Shown one piece after another: positions 12,743 through 26,600 of a stretch of 64,000 nucleotides of DNA (within the stretch, counting starts at the first letter, position 1; each line of letters starts with the position of its first letter). The stretch spans positions 6,138,001 to 6,202,000 of the forward strand of contig CM035356.1 of NCBI GenBank assembly GCA_020137815.1. Reading direction: 5' to 3'. Position numbers and translations under genes: made by a program. Under the pieces are notes generated by a model. The model was not told where the DNA came from. It searched no databases and worked only from the letters and a program-made list of their open reading frames with translations. The DNA is from Hormiphora californensis (taxonomy: Eukaryota > Animalia > Ctenophora).

Positions 12743-13450
12743 ATGCGTTCTATCCTGGTTACTGGTGCCAACAGAGGCATAGGACTGGAACTGGTCCGAC
12801 ATTTTGCGAGACAGAAGGATCCTTCCCTCAACGTGATATCTTGTTCTCGCCGTGTTAGCCCCGAACTGGAGGAGCTGATGTCTGATGGGGGAGTGCACCA
12901 TGTCACATTTGATGTCACAAACCCTGACACTGGCCCCATGGTCGAGGCAGTGGCTGGGATAGTGGGGGACAATGGTCTGAATGTGCTGGTGAACAACGCT
13001 GCTATCATGAGACATGGAGCAGGGGCCTTTGGGTGCAGCAGGGAGGAAATGATGGAGTCATTGGATGTCAATGTTACTGCTGTCCACTGTATCACGACTG
13101 CATTTCATCCTTTGTTGAAACTCGGGGGAGATAAGATGTTGAGGAAGGTGATCAATATCTCATCAGAGCTGGGAAGTATTTCCAACACCCACAACTCCTT
13201 TACAACTGCATATCGGGTGAGTAAGGCCGCTCTGAACATGCTCTCACGGTGTACAGCTACGGATCTTATCAAAGATAATGTGATATGTCTGGCAGTCCAC
13301 CCTGGGTGGGTTAGGACAGACCTGGGAGGACCAAATGCTCCCTTGTCCGTGGAGGATAGTTGCCGGGATGTGGTGGATATTATTGAAAGAGCGGGCAGAG
13401 AGAATAATGGAATGTACGTGAGGAAGGGCCTTACCCCAGAACCTTATTAG
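12743..13450 (+). CDS. Short-chain dehydrogenase/reductase, C-factor/sniffer-like, intronless
   Basis: TGANRGIG, NNAA, YRVSK catalytic motif, HPGWVRTDLGG. Confidence 0.93.
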   Translation: MRSILVTGANRGIGLELVRHFARQKDPSLNVISCSRRVSPELEELMSDGGVHHVTFDVTNPDTGPMVEAVAGIVGDNGLNVLVNNAAIMRHGAGAFGCSREEMMESLDVNVTAVHCITTAFHPLLKLGGDKMLRKVINISSELGSISNTHNSFTTAYRVSKAALNMLSRCTATDLIKDNVICLAVHPGWVRTDLGGPNAPLSVEDSCRDVVDIIERAGRENNGMYVRKGLTPEPY

Positions 13451-13771
13451 AAATCCGGGACTGATATTAGAAATATATAATGAACTGTGAATTTTGATTT
13501 ATATGCGCGACTTTTTTAGTTTTTATGGGTTTTTTATGAGACTGTTACAGAGTTTTAAATGTCTATTCGTTCTTTTATATTCGTGCGATGAACCGGGGTT
13601 TTCTAAATGACTACAATATCTAACTGACGCGTAGAGTCAAACCAAACTACAGAATCACTAAACAAAATCACCATACTACACAAGGTCTTCTCTAACTCTC
13701 AACAAAATGTTTCAGCACAGCTGCATCACTTCTGTTTGAACACTACAGTTGGACCCCGATTTACTACAGTT

Positions 13772-16700
13772 CTATTCCTCGGGATCAACATAAACGTAGG
13801 GTTTGTTGAGTCGAGCAGTGAACATCCAGTCTAGACGTCCAATTAAACCCTTCTCTGTGCCTTCAGCCTGAAACAAGGAACATGTAAGTCCAGACTTTAT
13901 TTTATTTTCGGGTATTTACCCTGTTGGCAGAGCCCTATGATCAGCTCTTTTTTAATAAATAAACTTTTTTTAATAAACTTCCAGTTTCAACTTTTTCACT
14001 ACAAAATATGAAATACTGGATTGTGATACTGACCTCTGAGGGGTTTGATAAGATCCGAGGGTATAGGAAGAGGAGAATGGTAAACACGACAATTATCCCT
14101 GATATTACTTGGCCGAATACTAGCTGGCCTGTTGTATACACTCCTGCAGGAGTTGTAACGGGCAGTATATTAGCCTGCCAAAGCTCAAGTCGTCCACCTC
14201 TTGTGAGAGATGTATAGAACTAGCTCCCTCTCTCTCTCTGCTGAGAGATGTATAGAACTAGATCCTGCTCTACTGCGAGAGATGTATAGAACTAGCTCCA
14301 TGTCTTGTGAGAGATGTATAGAACTAGCTCCATGTCTTGTTAGAGATGTAGAACTAGCTCTATAGGCTCCCCATCTTGTGAGAGATGTATAGAACTAGCT
14401 CCATGTCTTGTGAGAGATGTATAGAACTAGCTCCATGTCTTGTGAGAGATGTATAGAACTAGCTCCACCTCTTGTGAGAGATGTATAGAACTAGATCCCG
14501 CTCTACTGTGAGAGATGTATAGAACTAGCTCCATGTCTTGTGAGAGATGTATAGAACTAGCTCCACCTCTTGTGAGAGATGTATAGAACTAGATCCCGCT
14601 CTACTGTGAGAGATGTATAGAACTAGCTCCATGTCTTGTGAGAGATGTATAGAACTAGCTCCATGTCTTGTTAGAGATGTAGAACTAGCTCTATAGGCTC
14701 CCCATCTTGTGAGAGATGTATAGAACTAGCTCCATGTCTTGTGAGAGATGTATAGAACTAGCTCCATGTCTTGTGAGAGATGTATAGAACTAGCTCCACC
14801 TCTTGTGAGAGATGTATAGAACTAGATCCCGCTCTACTGTGAGAGATGTATAGAACTAGCTCCATGTCTTGTGAGAGATGTATAGAACTAGCTCCACCTC
14901 TTGTGAGAGATGTATAGAACTAGATCCCGCTCTACTGTGAGAGATGTATAGAACTAGATCCCTCCCGCTCTACTGCGAGATTTATAGAACTAGCTCCATG
15001 TCTTGTGAGAGATGTAGAACTAGCTCCCTCTCTTAAACTAGCTCTAAGCTACCTCTCTGATCGTGAGACGTACTGTAACCATGTTTACCTGTTCCGAAGC
15101 TTGTATCATGAATGTTGTTACATAGCAGGACTAGAAGGGCAGCAGGTGCTAGGTACTTGACACAGAACCCAAACAATATGGACACCTTAGCGGGGCTAAT
15201 AAAGGAGTCGAACTCTGAGTCGAACTGGTTGGGTGACCACCGTTTTACTGGGGTTGAGTTCATCATTTTACGGAGGTTATCTGCTCCATGCCATCCTATT
15301 AGTGTCCACAGAGTGTTACTGAGAGGTTAATTGAGAGTATGATTTATCTAGCTAGAAATCATTTGGAATACAAAGTGTGATTTATAATTTTAATGTGAAC
15401 GGTTTGGACGCAAAACAGAGCAACTCGAGCACACCACACGTCGCACGCTACTAAAACATTTCACGTACCCCCTGTTCAAATTCTAAAAGATCGGACTTTT
15501 TTCACTAACCGTTTTGTTTTCCTGGCCTTGTTCTTGTCCATAAGGACATAAGCAATAACAAGGGATCCAAAGAAAAGAGCGGCACACAGAGAAAAAGCAA
15601 TGATAATACTCTTCATCCTATCATGTCCTTCTTCTACTAGAACAAGACCTGCAGTTAAATGTGTTACAGTGGTGCTCTGTTATAGTGACCGCCCAAAGCG
15701 TTGTCCACGACGTCCAAGATACGCGAAAACCCACTATGTCTAATAATAGTAATATCTAATACTAACCGACTATTGTTGGCACCAGGACAGCCATGAAACA
15801 GCCGATATTATATGCCAGTACCGCCGGCTTCCCTACTCTCCTGTACTGCCGTTCACACTTGTAGAACCATCCCACGGCTATGCAGTTTAGGAAACCAAGA
15901 TAAAACAATACCCAGTTCCTCACAAAGTGATCTGAAACGTTTGTATTCCGAAGGATGCTCTATTTACTTCTCGGGTTTTCTAACCATGCAATGTTCAGAA
16001 CTTCCGCATGATTCTATTTCCAACCTGTAATTTTATATATTCCTATGACCCATATATTTCCCAGATTTTAAGTAGCAATCATTACATGGACATGTAGCAG
16101 ATTGACAAATGCAATAAGAAATCCATAAGTGGAGCTATAAGTGGAGCCTATTTTAAAAATAGCTATTTTCAGGGGTATTTATCCCTCTGAAACAGGTGGT
16201 ACCCATTTTTCCTGGGTAATATAACTCTTTATCCCCTCCCATCTCTCGTCTCTTATTTTCATGCATCGCCAACCTCCCCCTTTACAACAGCTGGTGGGAC
16301 TTTGTCAAAAGTTGTTTTGTTTAAACCAAGAGTGAGCTGCTAGAGCAAAAGTGTCTTCTGCAGATCTTTAGGCTACTTTACCTTGATCTTCCGAACTCTC
16401 ACAGAGAAATATAATGCGGTGTGAGCCACACAAGTCTTACCCAGTATTTCCACCCAGCTAGATCCACAGTCAAAAGTAAAGGGAATGCCCAAGATGAATC
16501 CAGCCATGCACACATAACCCGCAATAGTACTTCTACCAAGCTTCAAACTAAAGAGGGAGTGAGGGAGGCTGTGAGAGGGGAAGGGAGAGAGATTGGGGCT
16601 CAATAATGAGCGAAAACGCTCAAAAGAAACTGTAGGAACACAGATAACTAAGCAGGAACCGACCGACCCAAGTAAACAACCAATCAGAACTCTTCAATCG

Positions 16701-17588
16701 TCATTTAGGCCACGTGACTGGTTATCAGCCAATCAGGGACCAGTATTTCCTGATTCGGTCGGTTCCTGCAACTAAGCACCTGTCTGCTACCCAGCTATCT
16801 CGTATAGTTGAACAGAATCCCTCGATGAGTGAGAAGCAAGTCCCCAAGGTCAGGAAGAATATAGCACCGTAGAAGAGGGCTGCCCAAAGGTTGGCCACTG
16901 AAAGCTCCGAGAGAGCCCCTGCATAAACCTGAGCGGGGGAGGGTCATGTTATAGGGGACGGAGGGGGAGTGGTAGGGGACTGAGGGGCATGTTATAGGGG
17001 GTATATAATATAGGGACGGTGTGAGGGCCAGGGGCATGTAGGGGATGGAGAGGGAGTGGCGATAAACCTGATAGGGGAGGGGACGGAGGTGGCAGGGTTA
17101 GAAGGGATGAAAGGGACGGAGATGTGAAGTAACAGGTGTGATACTCGCGGCTGGAGGGCCATGCAGAAAGAGGGGATGGGTTAAAATTCATACTGTAGTA
17201 AGTCACAGGCTACTGTCTGTGAGCTGAGCGTTTATTACAGGCTGTCTCACTCTCTCTCTTCACTCTCTTCTGTCTCAGAGAGCGTAACTAACTGTCATCA
17301 TATTATTTTGTTGAGGCATATTTTGTTCCAAATTGGGTCTTGTTGAGTGATAAAGAGAGTTCATGCTAAAAACGGGTGAGAGAACTGAATGAAAGTGATT
17401 AGAGGATGAACTGCGGGCCCCCGCGTGCTACTCGTGAGCCCACGATGAGAGGGACCTCCAAGACACATCTGGCGGTGTCTCTTCCATCTCTATCCTCTCA
17501 TTTTCGCAATCCTTCTCTGACTCACCTCACTGTGAATCTTTCTCTCCTTCCATCTCCTTCATCATCTATCTATCTCTCGCTCAATCTT

Positions 17589-17659
<71 letters not shown>

Positions 17660-20600
17660 TTCGCTAATAGACGCTAACTTTGTAAACACGGTCCGAGAGC
17701 GAGGGGATGTTGTTCTTTCATTTAAAAATTCGCCAACTTAATTTTGTGATTTTTGTATTTTCAGGGCCATGTCTAGCTATTTGTTTAATGAAACCACCCA
17801 CGGAGACTCCCACGACCCGTCTCTAGATCGACTATTCGGATCAGTCCTTCTCATTTGTGCGGTGTTTGGTATCATTGGTAACATTCTCTCCTTCCTCTAC
17901 TTCCGGCACAAGAAAGGTGACGTTTCAACCACGCTGTATCGTGCGATAACCGTTCTGGATTTCACAGTATGCTCATTGTCCTTCTCTGTGGCGGTGACAA
18001 TGCTAGGTGGATATCGACAACCCATGCTTTTCTCCTGGGCACCATTCTGTCAGTTCTGGGCTTATGCGTGGCTGTGCGCAACCCGGCTCAGTGTCTTCCT
18101 AATCGTCCTCCTCTCAACATCCCGGACAATCTCAATGTGTCGGCCATTCCTGAAGCAACGCCCAAGGACCATAATCATCGCAATTGGAATTTACACAGTC
18201 TTTATCCTGGCCAACATGGTTGGGTTTATGGCCCACAAGTCGGAAATCACGGTTACCTACTACTGGTTCTATGCACGGTGCATACCAATCGTTGCGGATC
18301 ACACGAACAGCGATAAGATTAAACTGCTAATGATTGAAGTCCCCATGATCCTATCCTACATCATACCTCTATTCATCGTCATCCTTTCCTGTGTTGTATC
18401 AGTGGGAGTAATCACGGCAACACATCACCGGGGATCCAGAAGGAAGTGTTGTGGAACTGGACAGATAAAGAGAACGAGAGTCCGGGCGACCAACACGATT
18501 ATGATATTTACAGTTTTGTATATAGTGTGTAACTAGTGGTATGGTAACCCAGCTTATAATACAGACTGTGTATATCCATCACTGTGACCCGTTTGATTCT
18601 ATCGAGGGAGCGGGGTGTCTGTGGAACAAAATGGGAGATTGGTCGCCAATCACGTTCGCCTATTGGGATCTCTTTGCTCGATCTGTTAGCATTGCTTTGA
18701 ATGCAACCTTTAATCCTCTTATTTATCTATGGCGCATGAGGAGTTTTAGAATTTATCTTATGCGCCTTTACAATTGGTTTGTTTGGGGCAGGAAATCCAG
18801 GTGTCAATTCTCTCAAACTTTTTATTCTGCCCGACCTCCCAAAATTCTGAAAAATCCGGTGATACTAGACGAGCCTCTGAATGAACTGGAAGAACTTGAA
18901 GAAGAAGGACAAAACGGGGATATTTTAGTTGTGTCTGATCCGCTATAATGTAGTTATTAATCTCATTCCCTTCCACTAAGTTTCTGTGTGTTGTGAGTAT
19001 ATAATAAGAAATGTTGCATCACAGTCAGAAGTGACGACTTTCGCACCCTATAATTGGGTCTCATTGGATCACTACCAGAACAGTGCTGCTTCATTACAGC
19101 TGGTGGAACGCTCCAGTGCACAAGTAGAACAGTGTGTGTGTGTGTGTGTGTGTTTAGTACCTCCCAACATTCCGACCCACTTAGCTGTCATGTAAGACGA
19201 GACAGCCTGCCCCTAGGAATTCACCTTTCGCCACGTGTCCCCACACAAAAAGGTCACGTGTCGGTGTTCTCCAGGTCGAGCCTGGGTTCGTCCAGTAGGC
19301 CGCGCAGAGGGGATGGGGGATCTTACTCCCCCCCCTCCTTGCTGCCCGCTGAATTTCCCCCTGCCCTGTTTGGCACCGCGAGAAAGGTATTGCATACGAA
19401 GGAAGTAGACGCCCGACTATTACAAGGACAGTGGCGGAATTTACCTGTCCGAGTGACTGGTCTCTGGTTACTACTGTTGCAAGCAACTGTAGAAGTAGGT
19501 GGGTTACCGGATACGATGTAACGATGGTTCACTGTAGCGGACTACGGTGTCGCTGACAACGTATCTTACACATCTCAGGCTTTGGGTCGGTACCCTTAGT
19601 ATGACAGATCTGCCTACGGCCTGGGAGTCCGGCTACTATTTTCCAATAGCGGTAGCTTTAAATCGATTTACACTGGCAAGCATTTGCTAAGTATCAGCTT
19701 CCAGAGGCGGCACTTTGCGTTTTCTAATGTTTCCAGAGATGTCTGGCCGTAGGTGGTCCTGTTGACCTCGACCTGCCCGGTGGTCACGGGCTCTTATCGA
19801 TCGTATTAACACCATAAGTATTACCCCCTCGTATTCGTGAATACTCTTCAGATCATAGATTTTGGCGGGGGGATTGCAATTGTTTAGGCTACATTTTGCC
19901 ATGCGAGGTTAGGTTTGGCGTTTTCCGTGTTATACATTGGTCCGATTTCCTATTCAAAGAGGTTACACTTAACTACGATTTTGTTGAGTTTTCTGATGTC
20001 TAGGATTTCGGGTGGTGAGAGGATGTTGCTGCCAATGTTCGTATATTCTGTACGGTATCTTAGTTCTTCTAGATCAGGACAGTGGATGAGTTTATGTTCC
20101 GAGTTTTCTTTTATCTTGCATAGTTTGCATAGGGCTGTTTCGTTTTTGTCTTTGTGTGCTATGGCGCTGTTTAGGTTGTTCTGGCCTGATATTGCGAGCG
20201 TTAGACTTCTGAGATGATTTTTCTTTGAGATGTGTAGTTTTGGGTAGTCCCTGATTAGTTTGTATAGGATTGATGTTGTCCAGACCGAATATTTGTTGTC
20301 CTGTATTTGCTGTATGAACTTTTGTTTACAGTCCTTTTTGGTGAGCTGTAGTAGTTGGGTTTTGGTCAGGTCGAGGGGGTTTGTAGTGTTTTGGCTGTCC
20401 CTGGTGGCCCGTTTTGCTAGTTTATCGGCAATTTCGTTTCCTGCTATGTTCGAGTGTGCTTTAACTTTGTATATGTTTACGTTGTTGTTTTGTTGCAGTT
20501 TATGGAGAGCTTTTATTGTTGATGTTAGTTGTTTCGAGTTTGAGAAGGTATTGGTTAGTCTTTCTATTGTTGTTTGGGAATCCGTGTGGAATGTTATGTT

Positions 20601-23600
20601 TTGTTTTGTTGTGTTGTTTTCCAGCAGGTTTTTTGTACTCATGTGGATTGCTTGGAGTTCTGCCTGGTTTATTGTGTTTTCAGGGGCTAGTGGATATAGT
20701 AGTAGTTTTATCGTGCTTTCGTAGATTATTACAGCGCCAGCTCCCGTGACGGGGCCTTCTTTTTGGTTGATTTTGGAGCCATCGGTGTAGATTGTTATGT
20801 TGCTTTCGCAGGTTATGTTTTTGTTGGGTTTGAAGTATAGAATTTCGTTTGCTGTTGTGTCGATTTCTAGTCCTGTGGCGAGTTGGTTGAGGTAATTCGA
20901 AATGTCTTTGGAGTGTGTGAGTTTAGCCCTATGGCCGTGGTTTGGGTCGTGCCACCAGGTGTTGTTGATTTTTAGGTGAATGTAGTCGTTTATTCTGGCC
21001 TTGTTGATTAGGTAATGCATGTTGTCAGTGCCTGCTAGTATTGTTAAGGTTGCGGATTGAGTGTGTTTATGTCCGTTAGTTATTTTACGTGTTACGATGT
21101 TTTGGACGGTTTGTAGTTTATTGAGGGTAGGTTTGTTGTTTAGGGCCGCGTGCCCCCATGTTCCTGCTGCGTAGAGAAGGTTTGGCATGATTATTTGGTT
21201 GTGGATGTGTCTAACTTGGTTGGGGCTTAGTCCCCAGTTTTTGTTCATTAGGAAGTTTAGTGGACGTGCTGCTTTTGTTGCTTTTTTAACTTTATTGTTT
21301 ATGTGCGTTTTGTAGGTAAGATGTTGGTCTAGGTCTACCCCTAGGTATGGCGCGAATGGTTTTATGGAGAGGGTTTCATTTTCGATTGATAGGTATTTAA
21401 GGTTTATCTTTTGATGGGGGTTGTGGAAGGCTACTATGTTGGTTTTTGCTGTACTGAGTTTTAAGCCTTGGTTGTGTACCCAGGTTGTTATTAATTTCAT
21501 TTGTTCGACTATTATGTCGTGCATTGTAGTGTTTAGGTCAATTCCTGTTATTATGATAACTATGTCGTCTGCGTAGAGGATGATTAATTCGAGGTTGCAT
21601 TTTGTGTCTTGAATGGTGTTCATGCATAGATTCCATAGGAGAGGTGAGAGAATGCCGCCTTGGGGTGTCCCTCTGTGGACCGTTTTTTCAATGGTTTCGC
21701 CACCTAGTTCAAGTACTACGGTGCGGTTTCGGAGGGCGTGGCTTATCCAGTCAAAAGTTTCTTTCGGGATTGGGAATTTGTCTAATCCTCTTTCTAGGGC
21801 AGTGAAGGATACTTTATCGAATGCGCCTTCTATGTCTATGAATGCGCCTAGGGCCAGGTGTTTGTCTGCTAGGGAGTTTTCTATTCTGCTGGTTAGGTCG
21901 TGTATGGCGGATATTGTAGATTTACCTTTGCGGAAGCCATGTTGGTTGCTGATTAACTTTGCGTCTATCTTGAGATCGTCATGGAGGAAGTGAAGTAGGC
22001 CGCGTTCCATGAGTTTTAGGATGTTTGAGGAGAGGCATATGATTCTGTAGCTTTTGGGGTTAGAATAATCTGCTTTTCCTGGTTTGGGAATGATGATTCC
22101 TTTGCTTTTCATCCAGAGTTCTGGTTTTGTCTTGCAGGAGAGTGTTGTCAACATGAAAGATCTTATTTTGTGATTTATGTGTTTCCAGGCGTCTATGAGC
22201 ATGCCATTTGAGATTTTGTCTATGCCAGGGGCTTTCCTTCTTTTTAGTTGTTTGATTGCTTTGTTGAGGTGTGCTAGTTTCAGCTGTTCAGTGACTGGTG
22301 TGTTAGTGGCATTTTTTTGTTTCCAGGCTTTTTTGTTTCCTTGTGTGTCAGCTGGAAAGTGGGTGTCAGCTATCGTGTTTAGGATGTCAGTTGGGTCGTC
22401 AGTTACGGTGTCTGAGGCTGTTTTGATTGTGTTAAGTTTGATGCGGGGTTTGGAGTGGTTTTTCATCCTTTGGGAGATTGCTTTGGTTGACTTTAATTTT
22501 GAGATTTCTTCTTTCCATAGTTTGTTTTCGCAAGTTTTGATTTCGACGCCTAGTTCGTTTTTTAGTTGGCAAATTTTTTGTCTGGTTTCATTGGTTTTGT
22601 TTTTTGATTTCTTTAGGGGTTTTAGTTCTTGTTTTATTGCTGTAGCAGTGGGGGACCAGGGTGAGGATTTGAGGTGTTTTATTGTTGTGGTCGGGGTCGC
22701 TTCTTCGAAGGAGGAGTACAGCGCGGTGCAGATTTCTTTGTAAATTTTATTCATTTCCCGTTTGTTTGGGTTTTGTTTTATTAATATTTTAGAGAATTTT
22801 TGTTTAACTAGGTCTTGGTATTTTCCTGTGTCTGTGTTTTTAGCTAATTTGATTTTTTCTTCCGTTATGTTACCAAGGTTTATTTTGATACTGATCTTTT
22901 TATGGTCTGAGAGGGTGGAGGTTGTCAGTTGCCAGTTTTTGATTCTTATGTGCGCCTTCGAGTTGGTTATTGTTAAATCTATTAGTGATTTGCCATTTTT
23001 GCTTACGAAGGTGGGGTCGTAGGAGGTGTTTTCGATGTGGAGCATTTCTTCTTCAAGGAGGTTTTCGAGCATTATTCCTCTAGGGGTTGTGATTCTGTCT
23101 CCCCACGATTTGTTGCGGGCGTTGGAGTCGGTGCAGATTAGCCAAGTAGAACAGTAATAGTGCACTGGGGGTCCCATAATGATTCCTTTGTAGTGGCTGC
23201 CGTGTTGTGTACCCTCATTTCTATCTCATGATACACCAAGATATACCTTTGACCCTCCTTCAATAATCATCCGCTGTAAAACTATATGCGCTTATAAACG
23301 GTTATCACCTGTCCAGCGCTTCTTCTTTCTTGCATCGTTTGACGTTGTTCTCCTCCTTGTTGCACAGATCTATATTCTGTCTCGGCTAACAACCCCCACA
23401 CTTATTGTTTCAAGAAGAGAACAGCTGCACATATTCTTCTATCATTCTTCTCTCTGTCTTGTCTTTCTGTATAACTTCAGACTTAGACAATAACTCTCCA
23501 TGTGGTGGCTCTTGGCAACTCCTAGAATCAACTCCTCACTTGGCAACTCTTAGAATCAACCTCGCCTCTTCTGATTCTGCACCTTTGTTTATCTGATTTC

Positions 23601-26600
23601 TATGCGTTTCACTTCAGCAACTCATTTACGTTTAGTAACAACAAAGCAACACATGGAGTTTTCAAAGCCACTAGACATGTTTTACGGCTTTTTGGCGCTT
23701 GGCTCCTTCATAATTGGTTTCCCCGGTAACGCCTTTTCATCTTGGTACTTCTACAGAAACAACAACGATGTCCCAAAGGTCACGTACCTCGTTATATCTG
23801 TAACTGACTCGGTCACCTGCTTTCTATCACTCTTCCCTGCAATCTCATACCTGATGGGGAGGAGTAGCTTGGCGTTTACCTGGCCCCCCTTTTGTGCTGT
23901 CTGGGCATGCCTTTGGTTCATAGTAACGAAGCTGTCCACCTTCAACGCAATGGTGCTGAGTATCAGTAGAACGATCACATTGATGTCATCATTACGAGGG
24001 GCAAAATGTGTCACAATCAAAGCTACAATCATCACAATGACCTGCTATGCAGTGTTTTCCGCCCTGCTAGTTCTTATCATGTTCATTATCCACATGCGGA
24101 CAAGCTACTCCCTCTTCGTGGTCGGTTGTTTCTTCAGTGGGGATCCTGATAATGACAACCAGAACGAGATCGCTAATTACATCCTCGTCCTCTCCATAGC
24201 CACCTCACTGGTTCCTGTTTTGGTTGTAATGGTCTGCTGTGCCATCTCAACTATGATCCTCATGTCCTCTCCTGGGATGGCCCCAACGCGAGATAAGAAA
24301 CGTCGTGCCACTCACACCATCCTTATCTTTACCGTTTCCTTTCTACTTTTCAGTATGCCCAATGCTGCACAAATCATCATGAGGACCATCGCAACCATTA
24401 CCAACTGGAGGATTAACCCCCTCCAATTCGACATGGTCAGCCTTCCCTACTGTATTCTACTTCATGAACTACTCTTCCATGATCAGCGTGGCCCTCAACG
24501 CGGCATGCAACCCTCTCATTTATTTGTGGAGATTCTCGGAGTATAGCAACCGTTTCCATGGCTCCCGGAGACGTGTTAGCCGTGTTGTTATGAACAGGGT
24601 CCTCGTGTCACGTGATACACAACAGAGCAACCTGTAATGGCTACAAGACAAGTAATGACTTACTTTGTTCAAACAGGGTCGAGCAAGACAAGTAATGACT
24701 AAATTACTATAATTGACTATTGGCTAGTAACGGGTGGAGTAAAAAACAGTTAATAGAGTGCTATAACTAACTTTAAAGATGAGATCGATGCCGTAAGAGT
24801 TGAACAGTTCTTCACAGTCCTCCCCTTTCTCCTCACACTCGTGAACCTTGTGGCCCAGGAACAGATATACAACAGCCCCTCCAAGAATTGAGACTAAGAA
24901 ATCAAATATGCCAATGATATTCTTATCTGAAGACGTGATCTGTATTTAGAAAGAGACACACAAGTTATTACAAGTTAGAGCTAGCTAATTGAGAAATACC
25001 TAGAGCAACGTTTTGTGAACGAGGATTGAAGGAACTGAATGTGGTCATGACTCCGACACAGATAGACATCGTATACAACACTTGCCCTGAAAATATTTGT
25101 TACTCAACCAGAAAATATTGTATCGGTTTTTGAAATTCTACCACAAATAATCTTTGATATTATCCGTGTCTATATTACCTGTTGCATCAGACCACACATC
25201 TGTGGATTCAGTTAGTACAGTTGTGTTCCACTGAATCAGATAGTTCTTAAACCCATCCACCGCACCATCCAGAAACACTCCTCTAACGGTGAGGCCGATC
25301 AAAATGGCAAAGGGAAGAGGAAACGTCACTTTCACAACAGCACCCACACTTCGTAGCGATCGAAAAACGCAGAAAAATATAATGATCCAGCATGTGAAGG
25401 CAGATAGGAGTACTCGTCCACTTATGATCATCTCACTTTGCGCTATTGAGCTATTCTGAAACCATTATTTAGAGTTTAGTTCATCCCGTGTTAATGCAGT
25501 GCACTGTCAGAGTATTGACCTGACCAGCTATTCTCATTTCATTCAAATAAGATTCAACACGCAAGAACAACGGTCAGATCATTGACCTGACAGGTTAAAT
25601 ATTACCTTTAGCACGTAGCTGGTGAAATATTCTTCAACCTTATCATCTTGCCAGGGCAGGGTGTTATTTGTATCAAAACTGTGGAAAAAGTATATCGCAC
25701 TCCAGGACAGATAAATGACGTTATAGACGGCGATCACAAACCCGCCCAGAACGCTTGCCAGTCCTACTCCTCTGAGACGGGGATTAAGGTTGCCAAAAGC
25801 TTCCACTGCGCCACCTGTCATTATATGTGCATTAGCCCGTGAAAAATTGTGTTAGTGAAATTTTCAATTATACATATATATACATTTAGAGCAAAAACTA
25901 ATTGAAATTAGTTCGCCAGAAAGGTGGCCCATTTTGAACTTAATCCTTCATTTCGGTCACGTTTGAGTTGAGGCTTCAAAGACATTGAGGTATCCTTAAA
26001 CTTTTCCGCCTTCAACTCAAAGGTGACGGAAATGAAGGATTAAGTTCAAAATGGGCCACCTTTCTGGCGAACTAATTTCAATTAGTTTTTGCTCTAAATT
26101 TGTATTCTTTTTTGGTCGTTTGAGGTCATTTATGACCTCAAACAACTAAGCTAATTGTCAACTAAAGTGTTCAAAATGTAATTCAAATGTACCTGGGTTG
26201 TAGGAAACTGATTTGAAAATTTTCAAATTCGACGTCGTTTTGACGTCGTGACGTCACACGTGACGTCACGACGACGTAAAAAATTATTACAGACTATATT
26301 TTCGGCCAATGAAGCACCAAACGTGTGAAAACTTTTAAAGGCCATGGTAGTCAAGAACTGAAGTTATTGCACGAATTGTGAATTTTTACGTGGATTTTAA
26401 CATCAAATTTTTTAGTTCTGACGCGTTTTATGGTCTGAAAATGACGAGTTAGAAAAATTTGCGATATAGTATCTGAAAGTTCAGACAATTTGCCACTAAC
26501 GATTTTGTATTAGGTCATCCAATATTGATCTGGACTGGGTTGTTGTGAGAGAACGGTATCAGATAGAGCCAAGTGGCCGGTTCCAGCGTCTTCCTTGGAT

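Noticed and set aside
12743-13450. Bacterial contamination or HGT of the intronless SDR
   Set aside because: C-factor-like SDRs are widespread in animals and the gene is embedded among intron-containing genes; no direct evidence
14195-15030. CRISPR-like array with variable spacers
   Set aside because: Variable parts are a few recurring short variants of one minisatellite
20260-23022. Plus-strand hydrophobic ORFs
   Set aside because: Antisense shadows of the A-rich LINE ORF2
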